In this document: in pieces, positions 34,746 to 44,235 of the stretch
Position numbering within the stretch: position 1 is the stretch's first letter
Layout of the letters: every line of letters starts with the position of its first letter
Notes under the pieces: model-generated
The model's database searches: none
Seen by the model: the letters and a program-made list of their open reading frames with translations, nothing else
Told to the model about the DNA's origin: nothing
NCBI GenBank assembly: GCA_043745805.1
Contig: JAYTSD010000008.1
Span: 288,001-352,000, forward strand
Reading direction: 5' to 3'
DNA length: 64,000 nt
Origin: Fibrobacteria bacterium
GTDB lineage: Bacteria > Fibrobacterota > Fibrobacteria > UBA11236
Position numbers and translations under genes: made by a program

Positions 34746-35768
34746 TTAACCTTCGGTATAACGAAACATTTCATCAATGCAATGCCTTGCTTTTTGCATA
34801 ATCTGAGGATCCAGAGAAACTTTATCCTCGGCATCTGGCTTCACCAAAACGCGTAAAATATTTTCCAAAGTATTCGACTTCATATATTTGCACATAGTGC
34901 AAGACCCTACAAATTGCTTATATGGCATTTCCACTTCAAGTCGTGAAGTTAAACCACATTCGGTAAGCATTAAAAATTGTTCGTCTTTAGATTTAGCCAC
35001 ATAGTCCATCATTTGATTGGTACTCCCAACATAATCGCTAGCACGTATAATGCTAGGACTGCATTCTGGATGACTCACCACTTTGACCTTGGGAAATTTC
35101 ACGCGCATGAATTGAATCATTTCAGGATCGTACTGTTCATGCACATAACATACACCATGGTATAATTTAATGTCTTTGCGCACTCCGCGTCTTTGCATTT
35201 CCTCTTGTAAATTCTGTCCCATTAATTTGTCGGGTAAAAAAAATATTTTGTCATTGGGGATTTTTTCCACAATGGCATAAACATTAGAAGAGGTTACGCA
35301 GACATCACATTCCGCTTTTACATCAGCAGTTGTATTGATATAACATACAAAAGCATAATCGGGATACTGTGCTTTAAGCGCCTTCACCTGAGTACCCGTA
35401 ACAGCATCGGCTAAACTGCAACCACTTAACTTTCCGGGAATAAGTACTTCCTTTTCCGGATTGAGTATCTTAGCGGTTTCCCCCATAAATTTAACCGCAG
35501 CAAATACAATAGTTTGCGCTTTAGTGCTCATGGCATCTTTACTCAAGCCATAAGAATCGCCTGTAAAATCGGCTACACCATAAACAATTTCGGGAGTAAC
35601 GTAAGAATGTGCTAAAATCACGGCGTTTTTTTCTGCCTTGATCGCATTAATCGCATTGATAAGCGGCAACATCGCTTCACATTTTTCAAAAGTATACACG
35701 CAGGCACCGCTATTTAATTTAACGGTTTTTAATTTATTGAATAAAATATCCGCAGTCATCATTTTCAT
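34746..35768 (-). CDS. nadA: Quinolinate synthase
   Basis: AVILAHSY, GDSYGL, FMGETAKILNP, GCSLAD, YINT, CYVH, HPEC and CKYMK. Start taken at ATG 35768 to avoid overlap with the upstream gene. Confidence 0.96.
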   Translation of the reverse strand: MKMMTADILFNKLKTVKLNSGACVYTFEKCEAMLPLINAINAIKAEKNAVILAHSYVTPEIVYGVADFTGDSYGLSKDAMSTKAQTIVFAAVKFMGETAKILNPEKEVLIPGKLSGCSLADAVTGTQVKALKAQYPDYAFVCYINTTADVKAECDVCVTSSNVYAIVEKIPNDKIFFLPDKLMGQNLQEEMQRRGVRKDIKLYHGVCYVHEQYDPEMIQFMRVKFPKVKVVSHPECSPSIIRASDYVGSTNQMMDYVAKSKDEQFLMLTECGLTSRLEVEMPYKQFVGSCTMCKYMKSNTLENILRVLVKPDAEDKVSLDPQIMQKARHCIDEMFRYTEG

Positions 35769-35778
35769 AAGATTAATC

Positions 35779-36204
35779 TCAGGGAGTATGGAAGCTGTAA
35801 TAAAGGTAAGCACCACCTGCCGTAACGCCAGTTAATGCCGCGACAAACAAAGCCGTTTGCATATTCGTATTTCGGTTTTGTTGCGTTTGCACGCGCGGAT
35901 TTTTAGAGTCTTGTTGAATAGCATAAAATACTCCGCCTACAGCCAAAGCCGCTAAAGCGAAATACGCTAATGGCGCTTGCTCGCCCAAAAAAGAGTCTGG
36001 ATTTTCGGTCGATTCTGAAAAATTAGGAGTCGCATTTTGTGTTTGCTCGGCAACCATTGCTTGCATTTCTTGCTGTATGGAAATAGTCATAGGCACGACA
36101 CCCAATTTTTCTTCGCCAAGACATAAACCCACACTAAGCAAAATAATGCATGTGAAGTTACCCCAGTTTAAAATGGAGGCTATTTGTGGTGACAAGTTTT
36201 TCAT
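35779..36204 (-). CDS. Hypothetical membrane protein
   Basis: Three hydrophobic segments. Fills the space between nadA and the M14 peptidase on the same strand. Confidence 0.6.
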   Translation of the reverse strand: MKNLSPQIASILNWGNFTCIILLSVGLCLGEEKLGVVPMTISIQQEMQAMVAEQTQNATPNFSESTENPDSFLGEQAPLAYFALAALAVGGVFYAIQQDSKNPRVQTQQNRNTNMQTALFVAALTGVTAGGAYLYYSFHTP

Positions 36205-36323
36205 CTCTGAACAAAACTATCAACTCTGCCGAAAGCGTCAAGCCTATGCTCCTGCCAAATTTGATAGAAGGCTATTCCCTTAGAACTGTTTGGGTTCTAA
36301 GGGGACTCAACTCTTTAATAAAA

Positions 36324-37559
36324 CTAAGGATGCACCTTGAATATTGCAGGTACCGACCTAGACTTGGAAAAAATCTGCAAAACCCCCATTTGACCCTCGG
36401 TTTGAATAAAGGACAAATCGATTTCCCCTGCAAGGCTTATTTCACCCTTCGCCAGTAACTGGCCTTGCATATTATAAAAAAACCAATTTTGAAATTTATT
36501 CTGCACATCCAAACCTTGATAAATAAAGCGAGTACCCTTTTGTGACCACATTTCCGAATGCGTTTTAAAGGAAGAAATACGAAGTGGATAAAGAAGGTAA
36601 TCGGTTGCGCCTAGGATCAAAGCGCGAGCTGTACTATCGTATTTCCCAGCCGAAAGAGAGTTGTTGTCTTCATAGGTCAATGCTAAAACATTTTCGCGAT
36701 AATTAGTCCACCAATAGCCCTCGGGATACTTTATTTCTGTGCTATCCTTCCAAGAAATTTGAAAGGAAGGCTCTTTAATGCCGGTAGGAAAATAATTTTG
36801 TACTTGCTTAATGAATTTCGTTTCGAGTTGGGTATAGTGTTCGGAAGTTCCCTTCGCATGATGAAAAAAGAAAAAGCGTGATTCATTATATTTATCCGAA
36901 TGCAAATTCAAAGCTACCTTAACCGGCGTGGTACTGGCCATTAAAGTTTCAAATTGTTGTTTGAGCACCAGTACCTCCGGTTGAGGATTCGCATTCGACC
37001 AATTACTTTCTAAATCGATACCGGCCGCATTCTCACGCGGCAACCCCAACTCCACCCCATCGGGATTATACATGGGAATAATTTGAAAAACAAAATGCTT
37101 TCTTAAGCTATCGGAAACTTGCGTAGTATCCAGCAAAAACTTTATCGCTTCCTTAATAACCCATGTGGTTTGTACTTCGGCAGGATGTGTTCTCACATGC
37201 ATAAAAATCAACGGCTTATTGGAATTATCTCCAGTCGCTCCAGCAGTAGTACGTTTTGCTACAGGTAACGTTGATGTTATCGTTAATTTATATATAGCTC
37301 GATTTTGACCGCTCGCCCCAATGGAATCAATCTTAATATTCGGACTACTTTTCCATAAAGCCAAATCATTTTTGAGCGAATCATAAGTATAACCCCAACC
37401 AGGAATTACGGGGCCTTGCTCGGCAGCTAGTTTGGCAAAACCTCCCCACAAAGGATAACCACATTTATCATTTTCTGAAGCCGAAAATTCATCTGCCCAA
37501 ATTCCTACGCCAGTGAAAATTAATACACCCAAGAAAAAAAATATTTTACGAGGTTTCAT
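36324..37559 (-). CDS. Secreted M14 zinc carboxypeptidase with C-terminal sorting-like domain
   Basis: HPAE, NPDG, RENAAGIDL, LNLHS and LTYE. C-terminal YNMQGQLL motif. Confidence 0.85.
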   Translation of the reverse strand: MKPRKIFFFLGVLIFTGVGIWADEFSASENDKCGYPLWGGFAKLAAEQGPVIPGWGYTYDSLKNDLALWKSSPNIKIDSIGASGQNRAIYKLTITSTLPVAKRTTAGATGDNSNKPLIFMHVRTHPAEVQTTWVIKEAIKFLLDTTQVSDSLRKHFVFQIIPMYNPDGVELGLPRENAAGIDLESNWSNANPQPEVLVLKQQFETLMASTTPVKVALNLHSDKYNESRFFFFHHAKGTSEHYTQLETKFIKQVQNYFPTGIKEPSFQISWKDSTEIKYPEGYWWTNYRENVLALTYEDNNSLSAGKYDSTARALILGATDYLLYPLRISSFKTHSEMWSQKGTRFIYQGLDVQNKFQNWFFYNMQGQLLAKGEISLAGEIDLSFIQTEGQMGVLQIFSKSRSVPAIFKVHP

Positions 37560-37593
37560 CCGTTACCTTGTCCTTGTTCATTCCTCATTAAGT

Positions 37594-38361
37594 TTAGCTT
37601 TCCTTTTGGAAAAGATCCGTATAAGATATGCAAACTCCGCATTGTAATAAAGCGCCTAAAGCTTTTTCCATCCCCGCTTTAGAAAAATCTCCCGGATGCA
37701 AAGCAATGCGTAGCGTAGAAAACAAGTGCCAAGGGCTTTGGCGATGAGCCGTCAATAGTAAATGCAAAATTTCATTGAACGATTTGTTTCCCATCCATGC
37801 CAAAGCGGGAATAATTTTTCGTTCATTACGCTGCAAATCCCAAATGCAAGTGCGCGATTCGGTGAAATGAAATTTTTTCTCTTTTAGCAAACTCAAAGCA
37901 GGACAACCCTGCCAAGTAGGCACTACAAAGCCTTGTAAGGAAAGTCCCATGTCTTGAAATTGTTTTTGACCCAAGGTTAAAAGTTGATTTTGTTGACTGG
38001 GGTTTAAGCCTGCAAATTCAGCTTCATCAGCATTAAAGCGATTAAATATTTTTCCGGCTAAGCTGCGTTGCCATTTTTCCTCGATAACATGATCGCCTTG
38101 CAAATTAATTGCCCCTTTCAGTTTTTCAGGCATAAGATGGCGATAGCCATGCAAAAAAATCTCTTGGCCATTTTGCTGCCTCACTTTTAAAGCCTGTCCA
38201 TATTCCACATGATCCGACATCAAGGTTAGTCCATGATAAGCAGGTACGGCCATGAGGGCCACTTTGCTTGCGCCCATATTTTGCAAATGTTGCAAATCTT
38301 TTTGCACAATTTCCCAATTTCCGGGCCAAATATCATGAATGGAAACAATGAAGCGTAACAA
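37594..38361 (-). CDS. DUF2334 / polysaccharide deacetylase-like protein
   Basis: VSIHDIWP, LHGYRH, EAEFAGL, GFVVPTW and LRIALHPGD. Confidence 0.82.
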   Translation of the reverse strand: MLRFIVSIHDIWPGNWEIVQKDLQHLQNMGASKVALMAVPAYHGLTLMSDHVEYGQALKVRQQNGQEIFLHGYRHLMPEKLKGAINLQGDHVIEEKWQRSLAGKIFNRFNADEAEFAGLNPSQQNQLLTLGQKQFQDMGLSLQGFVVPTWQGCPALSLLKEKKFHFTESRTCIWDLQRNERKIIPALAWMGNKSFNEILHLLLTAHRQSPWHLFSTLRIALHPGDFSKAGMEKALGALLQCGVCISYTDLFQKES

Positions 38362-38395
38362 CGGCGTTCCTTATTATCTTTTAACCATAGTAATT

Positions 38396-39079
38396 ATGAT
38401 AAAGCTACTCGTTTTTGATTTAGATGGCACCTTAGTAGATTCCAAAGTGGATCTTTGGCAGGCCGTTAATTTTTCTTTACAATGCAAAAGTTTACCTCCT
38501 TGTTCATTAGGCGAAGTCACTTCCTTTATTGGAAATGGAGCAAGACAACTCATTGAGCAATCTTTAATGCATACGTTAAATCATCATGTCAAAAAAATAT
38601 CGTTTGCCATGCTACCAGATGAAAATCTTATTGAAGAAGTATTGCAAATATTTATGTCTTACTACATCGATCATTGTAGTGAGAATACCACATTGTATGA
38701 TGGGGTGCGAAAATTCTTGGCAGACAATAAATATTCAAAGGTCGTCCTTACTAACAAACCAAAAATCCCAGCGATTAAAATCCTCGACCATTTAAAAATA
38801 CTTCCCTACTTTTCCACGGTGCTGGGCGGTGATTCTGAGTTTGGGAAAAAACCTAATCCGGCAGGCCTGCAATATCTTCTTAAGATAAACGATTGCCTGC
38901 CTAAAGAAGCCATTTTAATTGGGGATGGACTTCAAGATGCCCAAGCTGCTCAAGCCGCAGAAGTCCCATTTATTGCTTATTTGGGAGGATTGGGTTCCCA
39001 TGAGCTAAACCGATTGGAAAATTCCTCCACTACACTAGAATCTTTCTCTGATTTAAATCACATTTTAGCCCAATTATAG
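38396..39079 (+). CDS. HAD-family phosphatase (phosphoglycolate phosphatase-like)
   Basis: FDLDGTLVDS, LTNKP, KKPNP and IGDGLQD. Start moved to MIKLLVFD at 38396 to avoid the divergent gene. Confidence 0.9.
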   Translation: MIKLLVFDLDGTLVDSKVDLWQAVNFSLQCKSLPPCSLGEVTSFIGNGARQLIEQSLMHTLNHHVKKISFAMLPDENLIEEVLQIFMSYYIDHCSENTTLYDGVRKFLADNKYSKVVLTNKPKIPAIKILDHLKILPYFSTVLGGDSEFGKKPNPAGLQYLLKINDCLPKEAILIGDGLQDAQAAQAAEVPFIAYLGGLGSHELNRLENSSTTLESFSDLNHILAQL

Positions 39080-39104
39080 AACTAGTTTTATCAAAAATTT
39101 AGGA

Positions 39105-40433
39105 ATGCCTTTGAATTCAAAATACCACTTAGCCACCTTCGGCTGTCAAATGAATGTTTATGACTCCAATCTCATTGCAGAAATGTTGGAAAGTCGTGGC
39201 TTAGCGCAAACCGAAGAATTAGGTGAAGCGGATATTGTTATTGTAAATACTTGTTCCATTCGCGGCGGAGCCGAGGATAGAGCCTATGCGCGCATTGCTG
39301 CTATGCGGCATTATAAAAAATTAAATCCTGCTTTACGCATTGCCGTAGTCGGTTGTATGGCACAAAACCATGGTGAAAAAATTCCGGTTGAATTAGAGCA
39401 TGTTGATTTTGTTGTAGGCCCAGATAATTATAAAGAATTAGAAGATTTACTCTTTGCAAAAAAACAAAAAGCCGCCAGCATTTTAACCGAACAAAATGCT
39501 TTTGAAAATTATACCGGCTTAATGGCCAAATTAGATTCCGCTGTAACCACACATATCACCATTATGCGCGGCTGCAATAAACGCTGCACCTATTGCATTG
39601 TCCCCACAGTGCGTGGTATGGAACGCAGCCGTGAGGCAGATGACATTATTGCCGAAATTAAAAGGGCAGTGGATCAAGGGATTAAAGAGATTTGCCTATT
39701 AGGGCAAACCGTAAATTCTTACCGTACCAACAATGTGAACTTTGCAGAACTATTACTCCGTGTAAATGATATTCAAGGTTTACAAAGAATTCGTTTTACT
39801 TCACCTCATCCTCGGCATTTCGATACCGAAACGATTCAAGCCATGGCGCAATGTGAAAAAGTAGCGCGGCATGTGCATATCCCAGTTCAAAGCGGATCCA
39901 ATGACATGCTTAAGAAAATGCGCCGCCAATACACTCGCGAACGTTTTTTAGAAATTGTCGAAGAACTACGCAGTTCGATTCCGGGAGTAGGACTCACTAC
40001 TGATATTATTACTGGCTTTGTAGGCGAAACCGATGAGGATTTTGCGCAAACCCTTTCTTTAGTGCAACAAGTACGTTTCGACACGGCATTTATGTTTTCC
40101 TATTCTCCGCGCGAAGGCACCACAGCTTTTGAAGAAATGGAAACCTTAACCGCCCATGAAAAGCAACTGCGTCTTGAAAAATTAATCGCTTTGCAATTCA
40201 AAATTAGCGAAGAAAATTTGGATGCCATGATTGGTCGTCAAGAAGAAGTTTTAATCGAAACGGTGTCTTCAAAAAATGCGGAGGAATGGATAGGTAAAAC
40301 CAGTTGCTTTAAAAAAGTTATTGTCCCCTTTGCAACCGGCCTCTCTAAAGGATCCATTATACCTGTAAATATCGAGGAGAGACGCGGCACGGTATTACGT
40401 GGTTCAATTGCACATGCATTGACTCATGTTTAG
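39105..40433 (+). CDS. miaB: tRNA-2-methylthio-N6-dimethylallyladenosine synthase
   Basis: TFGCQMNVYDS, NTCSIR, GCMAQ, radical-SAM CNKRCTYC, LLGQTVNSY and YSPREGT, plus a TRAM domain. Confidence 0.95.
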   Translation: MPLNSKYHLATFGCQMNVYDSNLIAEMLESRGLAQTEELGEADIVIVNTCSIRGGAEDRAYARIAAMRHYKKLNPALRIAVVGCMAQNHGEKIPVELEHVDFVVGPDNYKELEDLLFAKKQKAASILTEQNAFENYTGLMAKLDSAVTTHITIMRGCNKRCTYCIVPTVRGMERSREADDIIAEIKRAVDQGIKEICLLGQTVNSYRTNNVNFAELLLRVNDIQGLQRIRFTSPHPRHFDTETIQAMAQCEKVARHVHIPVQSGSNDMLKKMRRQYTRERFLEIVEELRSSIPGVGLTTDIITGFVGETDEDFAQTLSLVQQVRFDTAFMFSYSPREGTTAFEEMETLTAHEKQLRLEKLIALQFKISEENLDAMIGRQEEVLIETVSSKNAEEWIGKTSCFKKVIVPFATGLSKGSIIPVNIEERRGTVLRGSIAHALTHV

Positions 40434-41559
40434 ATCCAGCATCTCTTTTCATTTTCACGGTGCGAACCTTTTATTTTTCTTTATTTTTATTTCTCTAGCT
40501 GGAATCACAAATGCGGCTCTGGCCGATGATAGCTTGCAGCAAAGCATCATACTAGCCTTAGCACAACAAGGACAGCTCGATTCGGCTAGAACACTAAGCG
40601 AAGTTGCCTATAAAAAAAATCCTGCGGATGATTTTGCTGCGCTCATGCTCGGTAAATTAAATCCTGATGGTAAGGCTTCGGCAGAACAATTAAAAAAAAT
40701 TGCCCTCTCTACTTCAAAGTCCTCAGCTACCCAAGAAAGTTTTTATCGCTTAGGGCAATTCTACTATGCCATAGGTAAATACAATTTAGCGATTCCTTAT
40801 TTTAGAGATTATTTGAAATTATTTCCCCAAGGAGATTGGCAGGAACCCGCAACCTATTGGATGGGAAATGCCTGTTTATTTTTAGCTCAGACGCAAAAAA
40901 ATCGATCGTCCTATTTAGATTCTGGTGTAGTTTATTTGCAAAAATTATTGTCTTCTTTAAAATCCGATGCTTATTATTTTCCACTGGCTTGGGAATGTAT
41001 CGCGAAAATAAAAAAAGCGCAAGGTCAATCCGACCAAGCCCTTTCAGCATGGCAAAAGGCTATAGATAAAGCCCCACAAGAGGAATTAAGCGCCTTACTT
41101 TTATTCGGCATGCAAATACAAAGGTCAGCGGATAGCGCCATCGTGCAAAAATTATCCCAACGCATTCAAGAGGAATTCCCCAATTCTTTAGAAGCAAAAA
41201 CCCTAGCGCAAAGTTCCAGAGTAATATTTGGTATTAAAAAAGAATTATCCGTCGCTAACCCAAAATCAAAGCCCAGTAAAGAAATGAAAAACGATATTTT
41301 ACCCACCGCAAATATTATTTTACAACTGGGAGTTTTTTCACAAAAAGCCAATGCCGAAAACCTTCGCTTGATCTTAACCAAAAATAGTTTGAACTCAATT
41401 TTAAAGGAAGAAATAAGAGACGGCAAGAAAATGTACTTCGTATATTTGGGGCAATTTTCCAATGAAGACGCCGCCCTAGAATTCGCCCACACACGCCTGA
41501 AACCGCTCGGTATTATGGCCCAGCCCATTTCACTCCATGAAATCCAAAGCAAAAAATAA
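40426..41559 (+). CDS. TPR + C-terminal SPOR domain protein
   Basis: TPRs (YRLGQFYYAIGKYNLAI) and SPOR motif LQLGVFSQKANAE...VYLGQFSNEDAA. Confidence 0.85.
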   Translation: MFRSSISFHFHGANLLFFFIFISLAGITNAALADDSLQQSIILALAQQGQLDSARTLSEVAYKKNPADDFAALMLGKLNPDGKASAEQLKKIALSTSKSSATQESFYRLGQFYYAIGKYNLAIPYFRDYLKLFPQGDWQEPATYWMGNACLFLAQTQKNRSSYLDSGVVYLQKLLSSLKSDAYYFPLAWECIAKIKKAQGQSDQALSAWQKAIDKAPQEELSALLLFGMQIQRSADSAIVQKLSQRIQEEFPNSLEAKTLAQSSRVIFGIKKELSVANPKSKPSKEMKNDILPTANIILQLGVFSQKANAENLRLILTKNSLNSILKEEIRDGKKMYFVYLGQFSNEDAALEFAHTRLKPLGIMAQPISLHEIQSKK

Positions 41560-41641
41560 TCTGGACAAGAATAAACTTTTTTTTATCTTTGCCCTCACCA
41601 CTAATTGTTGAGTCCTTTCGACTTCACAAAATTTTTCTCAT

Positions 41642-41728
41642 GCCGAGGTGGTGAAATTGGTAGACGCGTCGGACTCAAAATCCGATAGGGGCAACTCTGT
41701 GGGGGTTCAATTCCCCCCCTCGGCACCA
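41642..41728 (+). tRNA. tRNA-Leu (CAA)
   Basis: GCCGAGG/CCTCGGC acceptor, anticodon arm TCGGA-CTCAAAA-TCCGA, long variable arm and ACCA end. Confidence 0.96.
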
Positions 41729-41803
41729 AGAAATTTTTAGAATTATGTGCGCTATTTTGAATTAGCTCCTATCTTAATCAAAAACCAAATACAAGGACAG
41801 TTT

Positions 41804-42430
41804 ATGGTGGCATGGAAATTTTTGGCGCTGGGATTTATTTTTTGCGTACTCGGTGCGGTTAAGGTTTTGGCAGATGATTGGGAAGGCACAAAATATGACG
41901 ACCTAGGTATTAGCCAAGAAGAGTTTCAAAAAGTTAAAGAAACGGGCATGCCAAGAGCAAAGCTCATGAAACTATTAGAACTTGGAATTTCCCCTAATGA
42001 ATATTTTTCTGAGCCATGGAAAAAATTAGGCGTAAGCGAAGATCATTGGTTGAGTGAAAAAAAAGGGGGGATGGCTGATGATGATATCGATCGCAGCTAT
42101 CGGAAACAGGGATTTAATAATATGACCCCTTTTATTTCTTTTATTTTACCTGGATATTATCAGTATAAAACTAACCGACTCTATTTTGGTTTAGGCTTAT
42201 CGACCACGGCAGTCGCCGCTTGGACTTTAACCTTTCTTCATAAAAACTCAGAAACTAAAGCAATTTACCCCGTTTATCCGGTTATTGCCGTGGCGGCCAT
42301 GTTTTGGAGCGCCGCCGATGCTTATATTGGTTCTCGCTATAATGATAATCAAGAAGCACAACGTTTTAGCTGGAATTTGGGTTTAAGCTCTTCGGGCTCT
42401 CCTCTCGCTGGTTTTTCGCTTCGCTTTTAG
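41804..42430 (+). CDS. Hypothetical exported/membrane protein
   Basis: Signal peptide from ATG 41804 (AAGGA SD), short LG(I/V)S repeats, two hydrophobic helices and a C-terminal strand GFSLRF. Confidence 0.65.
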   Translation: MVAWKFLALGFIFCVLGAVKVLADDWEGTKYDDLGISQEEFQKVKETGMPRAKLMKLLELGISPNEYFSEPWKKLGVSEDHWLSEKKGGMADDDIDRSYRKQGFNNMTPFISFILPGYYQYKTNRLYFGLGLSTTAVAAWTLTFLHKNSETKAIYPVYPVIAVAAMFWSAADAYIGSRYNDNQEAQRFSWNLGLSSSGSPLAGFSLRF

Positions 42431-42451
42431 TACATTTGGCCGCATAGCCAT

Positions 42452-42805
42452 ATGTACAGAGAAATACTAAAATCAAAAATTCATCGGGCTACAGTAACCG
42501 ATGCAAATTTAAATTATAAGGGATCGATTACTATCGATCCTGTTTTGCTGCAACTCGCTAATATTCTTGAATACGAAAAAGTACATGTTGTGGATCTAAA
42601 CAATGGAAGCCGCTTTGAAACGTATGCCATTCCAGGCAAACCAAATTCTGGTGAAATTTGTTTAAATGGAGCTGCGGCACGTTTAGTACAAATTGGGGAT
42701 TTAATAATTGTAATGACCTTCGCATGGCTTTCCGAAGTCGAAGTGGAGTCTCATAAGCCTCAAATCGTACTAGTGGACGATAAGAATTTTCCTTCATCGA
42801 ACTGA
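42452..42805 (+). CDS. panD: Aspartate 1-decarboxylase
   Basis: [22 protein letters not shown] self-cleavage site, RFETYAI and NGAAARL. Confidence 0.97.
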   Translation: MYREILKSKIHRATVTDANLNYKGSITIDPVLLQLANILEYEKVHVVDLNNGSRFETYAIPGKPNSGEICLNGAAARLVQIGDLIIVMTFAWLSEVEVESHKPQIVLVDDKNFPSSN

Positions 42806-42827
42806 TTATCTATATTACAATTGACTT

Positions 42828-43397
42828 ATGAGGAAACTTCTACTCTCCCTAACAGTGAATGTCTTGGTTTTTTCAACCTTGTTTTCACACGCTTCTCAAG
42901 GAGATGCAGTCGATTTAAATCCGCAACATATAGCACAACAATCAGTCGTTTTGAATAGCGAAGACTTTGATCGTAATGCGTTATTGGCTCCTAATTATCG
43001 TCCCAATTCCTCCGCAGGTTTTTCATTTTTAAACCCCAATCGCTTTAGTATGCAGCAAAGTTACAGTGTCTCTTTTGCTTCCGGTGGCCAAGGCTCTTCG
43101 TCCGGTGGCTTATATTTAAATTCCATTTCTTATCAGCTTGCCAACCCACTTTGGTTAAGTATGGATTTGGGTTTTCAAACCCCTCTTTATTCCAGCGGTG
43201 CTTATAATGCTACGGGAAAAAGTGGCTTATTTAATCATGGAAACGGTGCGAGAGACGCCAGCTCATTTGTCTTGCCACGCATTGGACTCGATTATAAACC
43301 TACCGAAAACATGTCCTTTTCCTTGCAGTTTTTTAATGGTCAAGATGCCACGAAAGCCTATGGGCCAATGAACCCATATTTTACTCCTTATCATTAA
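42828..43397 (+). CDS. Hypothetical exported beta-rich protein
   Basis: Signal peptide. SMQQSYSVSF...GLYLNSISYQ and LDYKPTEN. Confidence 0.7.
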   Translation: MRKLLLSLTVNVLVFSTLFSHASQGDAVDLNPQHIAQQSVVLNSEDFDRNALLAPNYRPNSSAGFSFLNPNRFSMQQSYSVSFASGGQGSSSGGLYLNSISYQLANPLWLSMDLGFQTPLYSSGAYNATGKSGLFNHGNGARDASSFVLPRIGLDYKPTENMSFSLQFFNGQDATKAYGPMNPYFTPYH

Positions 43398-43402
43398 CTC
43401 CA

Positions 43403-43843
43403 TTGTTACGCTCGCCTATGCATTTATTCTTATCCTTAGCAAGGATTTCTCATCTATTTTATTTAGTCATATTGGGATTTGCATTGTTTTGTTTTTGCGG
43501 CTGCGAAAAAGTAAAGCCCGAAATAAAATTCATTCCCAATACTGGACAAATTCAAATACTCAATGGCAGTGGCAAGCCTGGAGCAGCAGAAATTTTTCGG
43601 GATTTTTTAACCGATCAGGGTTTCGATGTAATCGAATTTGGGAATGCAGCCAATTGGAATTACAATCAAACTTTAGTGGTCACTAGAACTGAAAAAAAAC
43701 AAGTAGCCGAAGATTTGGCTAAAATTATGAATACAGAAAATCTTATCACTTTACTCGACTCTTCTGCAATGGTAGAAGCTACAGTTTTTGTGGGTAAGGA
43801 TTATGAGGAGCTAATTAAAAAATGGCAAAAACAAAAACATTAG
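43403..43843 (+). CDS. LytR C-terminal domain protein
   Basis: IQILNGSGKPGAA..L...GFDV...GNA and VFVGKDY. Confidence 0.88.
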   Translation: MLRSPMHLFLSLARISHLFYLVILGFALFCFCGCEKVKPEIKFIPNTGQIQILNGSGKPGAAEIFRDFLTDQGFDVIEFGNAANWNYNQTLVVTRTEKKQVAEDLAKIMNTENLITLLDSSAMVEATVFVGKDYEELIKKWQKQKH

Positions 43844-44235
43844 AAGGTATGGATCTTGTTAACCGCGCAGCGGGAATATTATTCAGCAAAAAAGTGGTGG
43901 ATGCAATACTTATTGATTTACATGAATTAAGTAGCATCACCGATTATTACTTAATCTGTACTTGCCAGAATGAAGCGCAGATGAAAGCGGTGTTAAATCA
44001 TCTATCGAGAGCTTTAAGCCGCGAAGGCGCAAAAGCTTTACGTTCAGAGTATCGCCAAGGTGTACGCTGGGCGGTATTAGATTATGGCGAGTTAATCGTG
44101 CATTTATTTGAAAAAGATACGCGTAATTATTATTCATTGGAAAGACTTTGGGCGGATGCAAAAGTAACGCCACTTAAAGCTGAAGACTATATCACTACGG
44201 AAGAGGACAGCGACAGCGAGGATGACGAACTATAA
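43822..44235 (+). CDS. rsfS: Ribosome silencing factor
   Basis: TDYYLICT, WAVLDYGELIVHLF and RNYYSLERLWADA. Confidence 0.95.
   Translation: MAKTKTLEGMDLVNRAAGILFSKKVVDAILIDLHELSSITDYYLICTCQNEAQMKAVLNHLSRALSREGAKALRSEYRQGVRWAVLDYGELIVHLFEKDTRNYYSLERLWADAKVTPLKAEDYITTEEDSDSEDDEL

Noticed and set aside
7986-41728. tRNA genes as island integration sites
   Set aside because: No integrase, no duplicated tRNA 3' end and no evident composition shift next to any of the three tRNAs.
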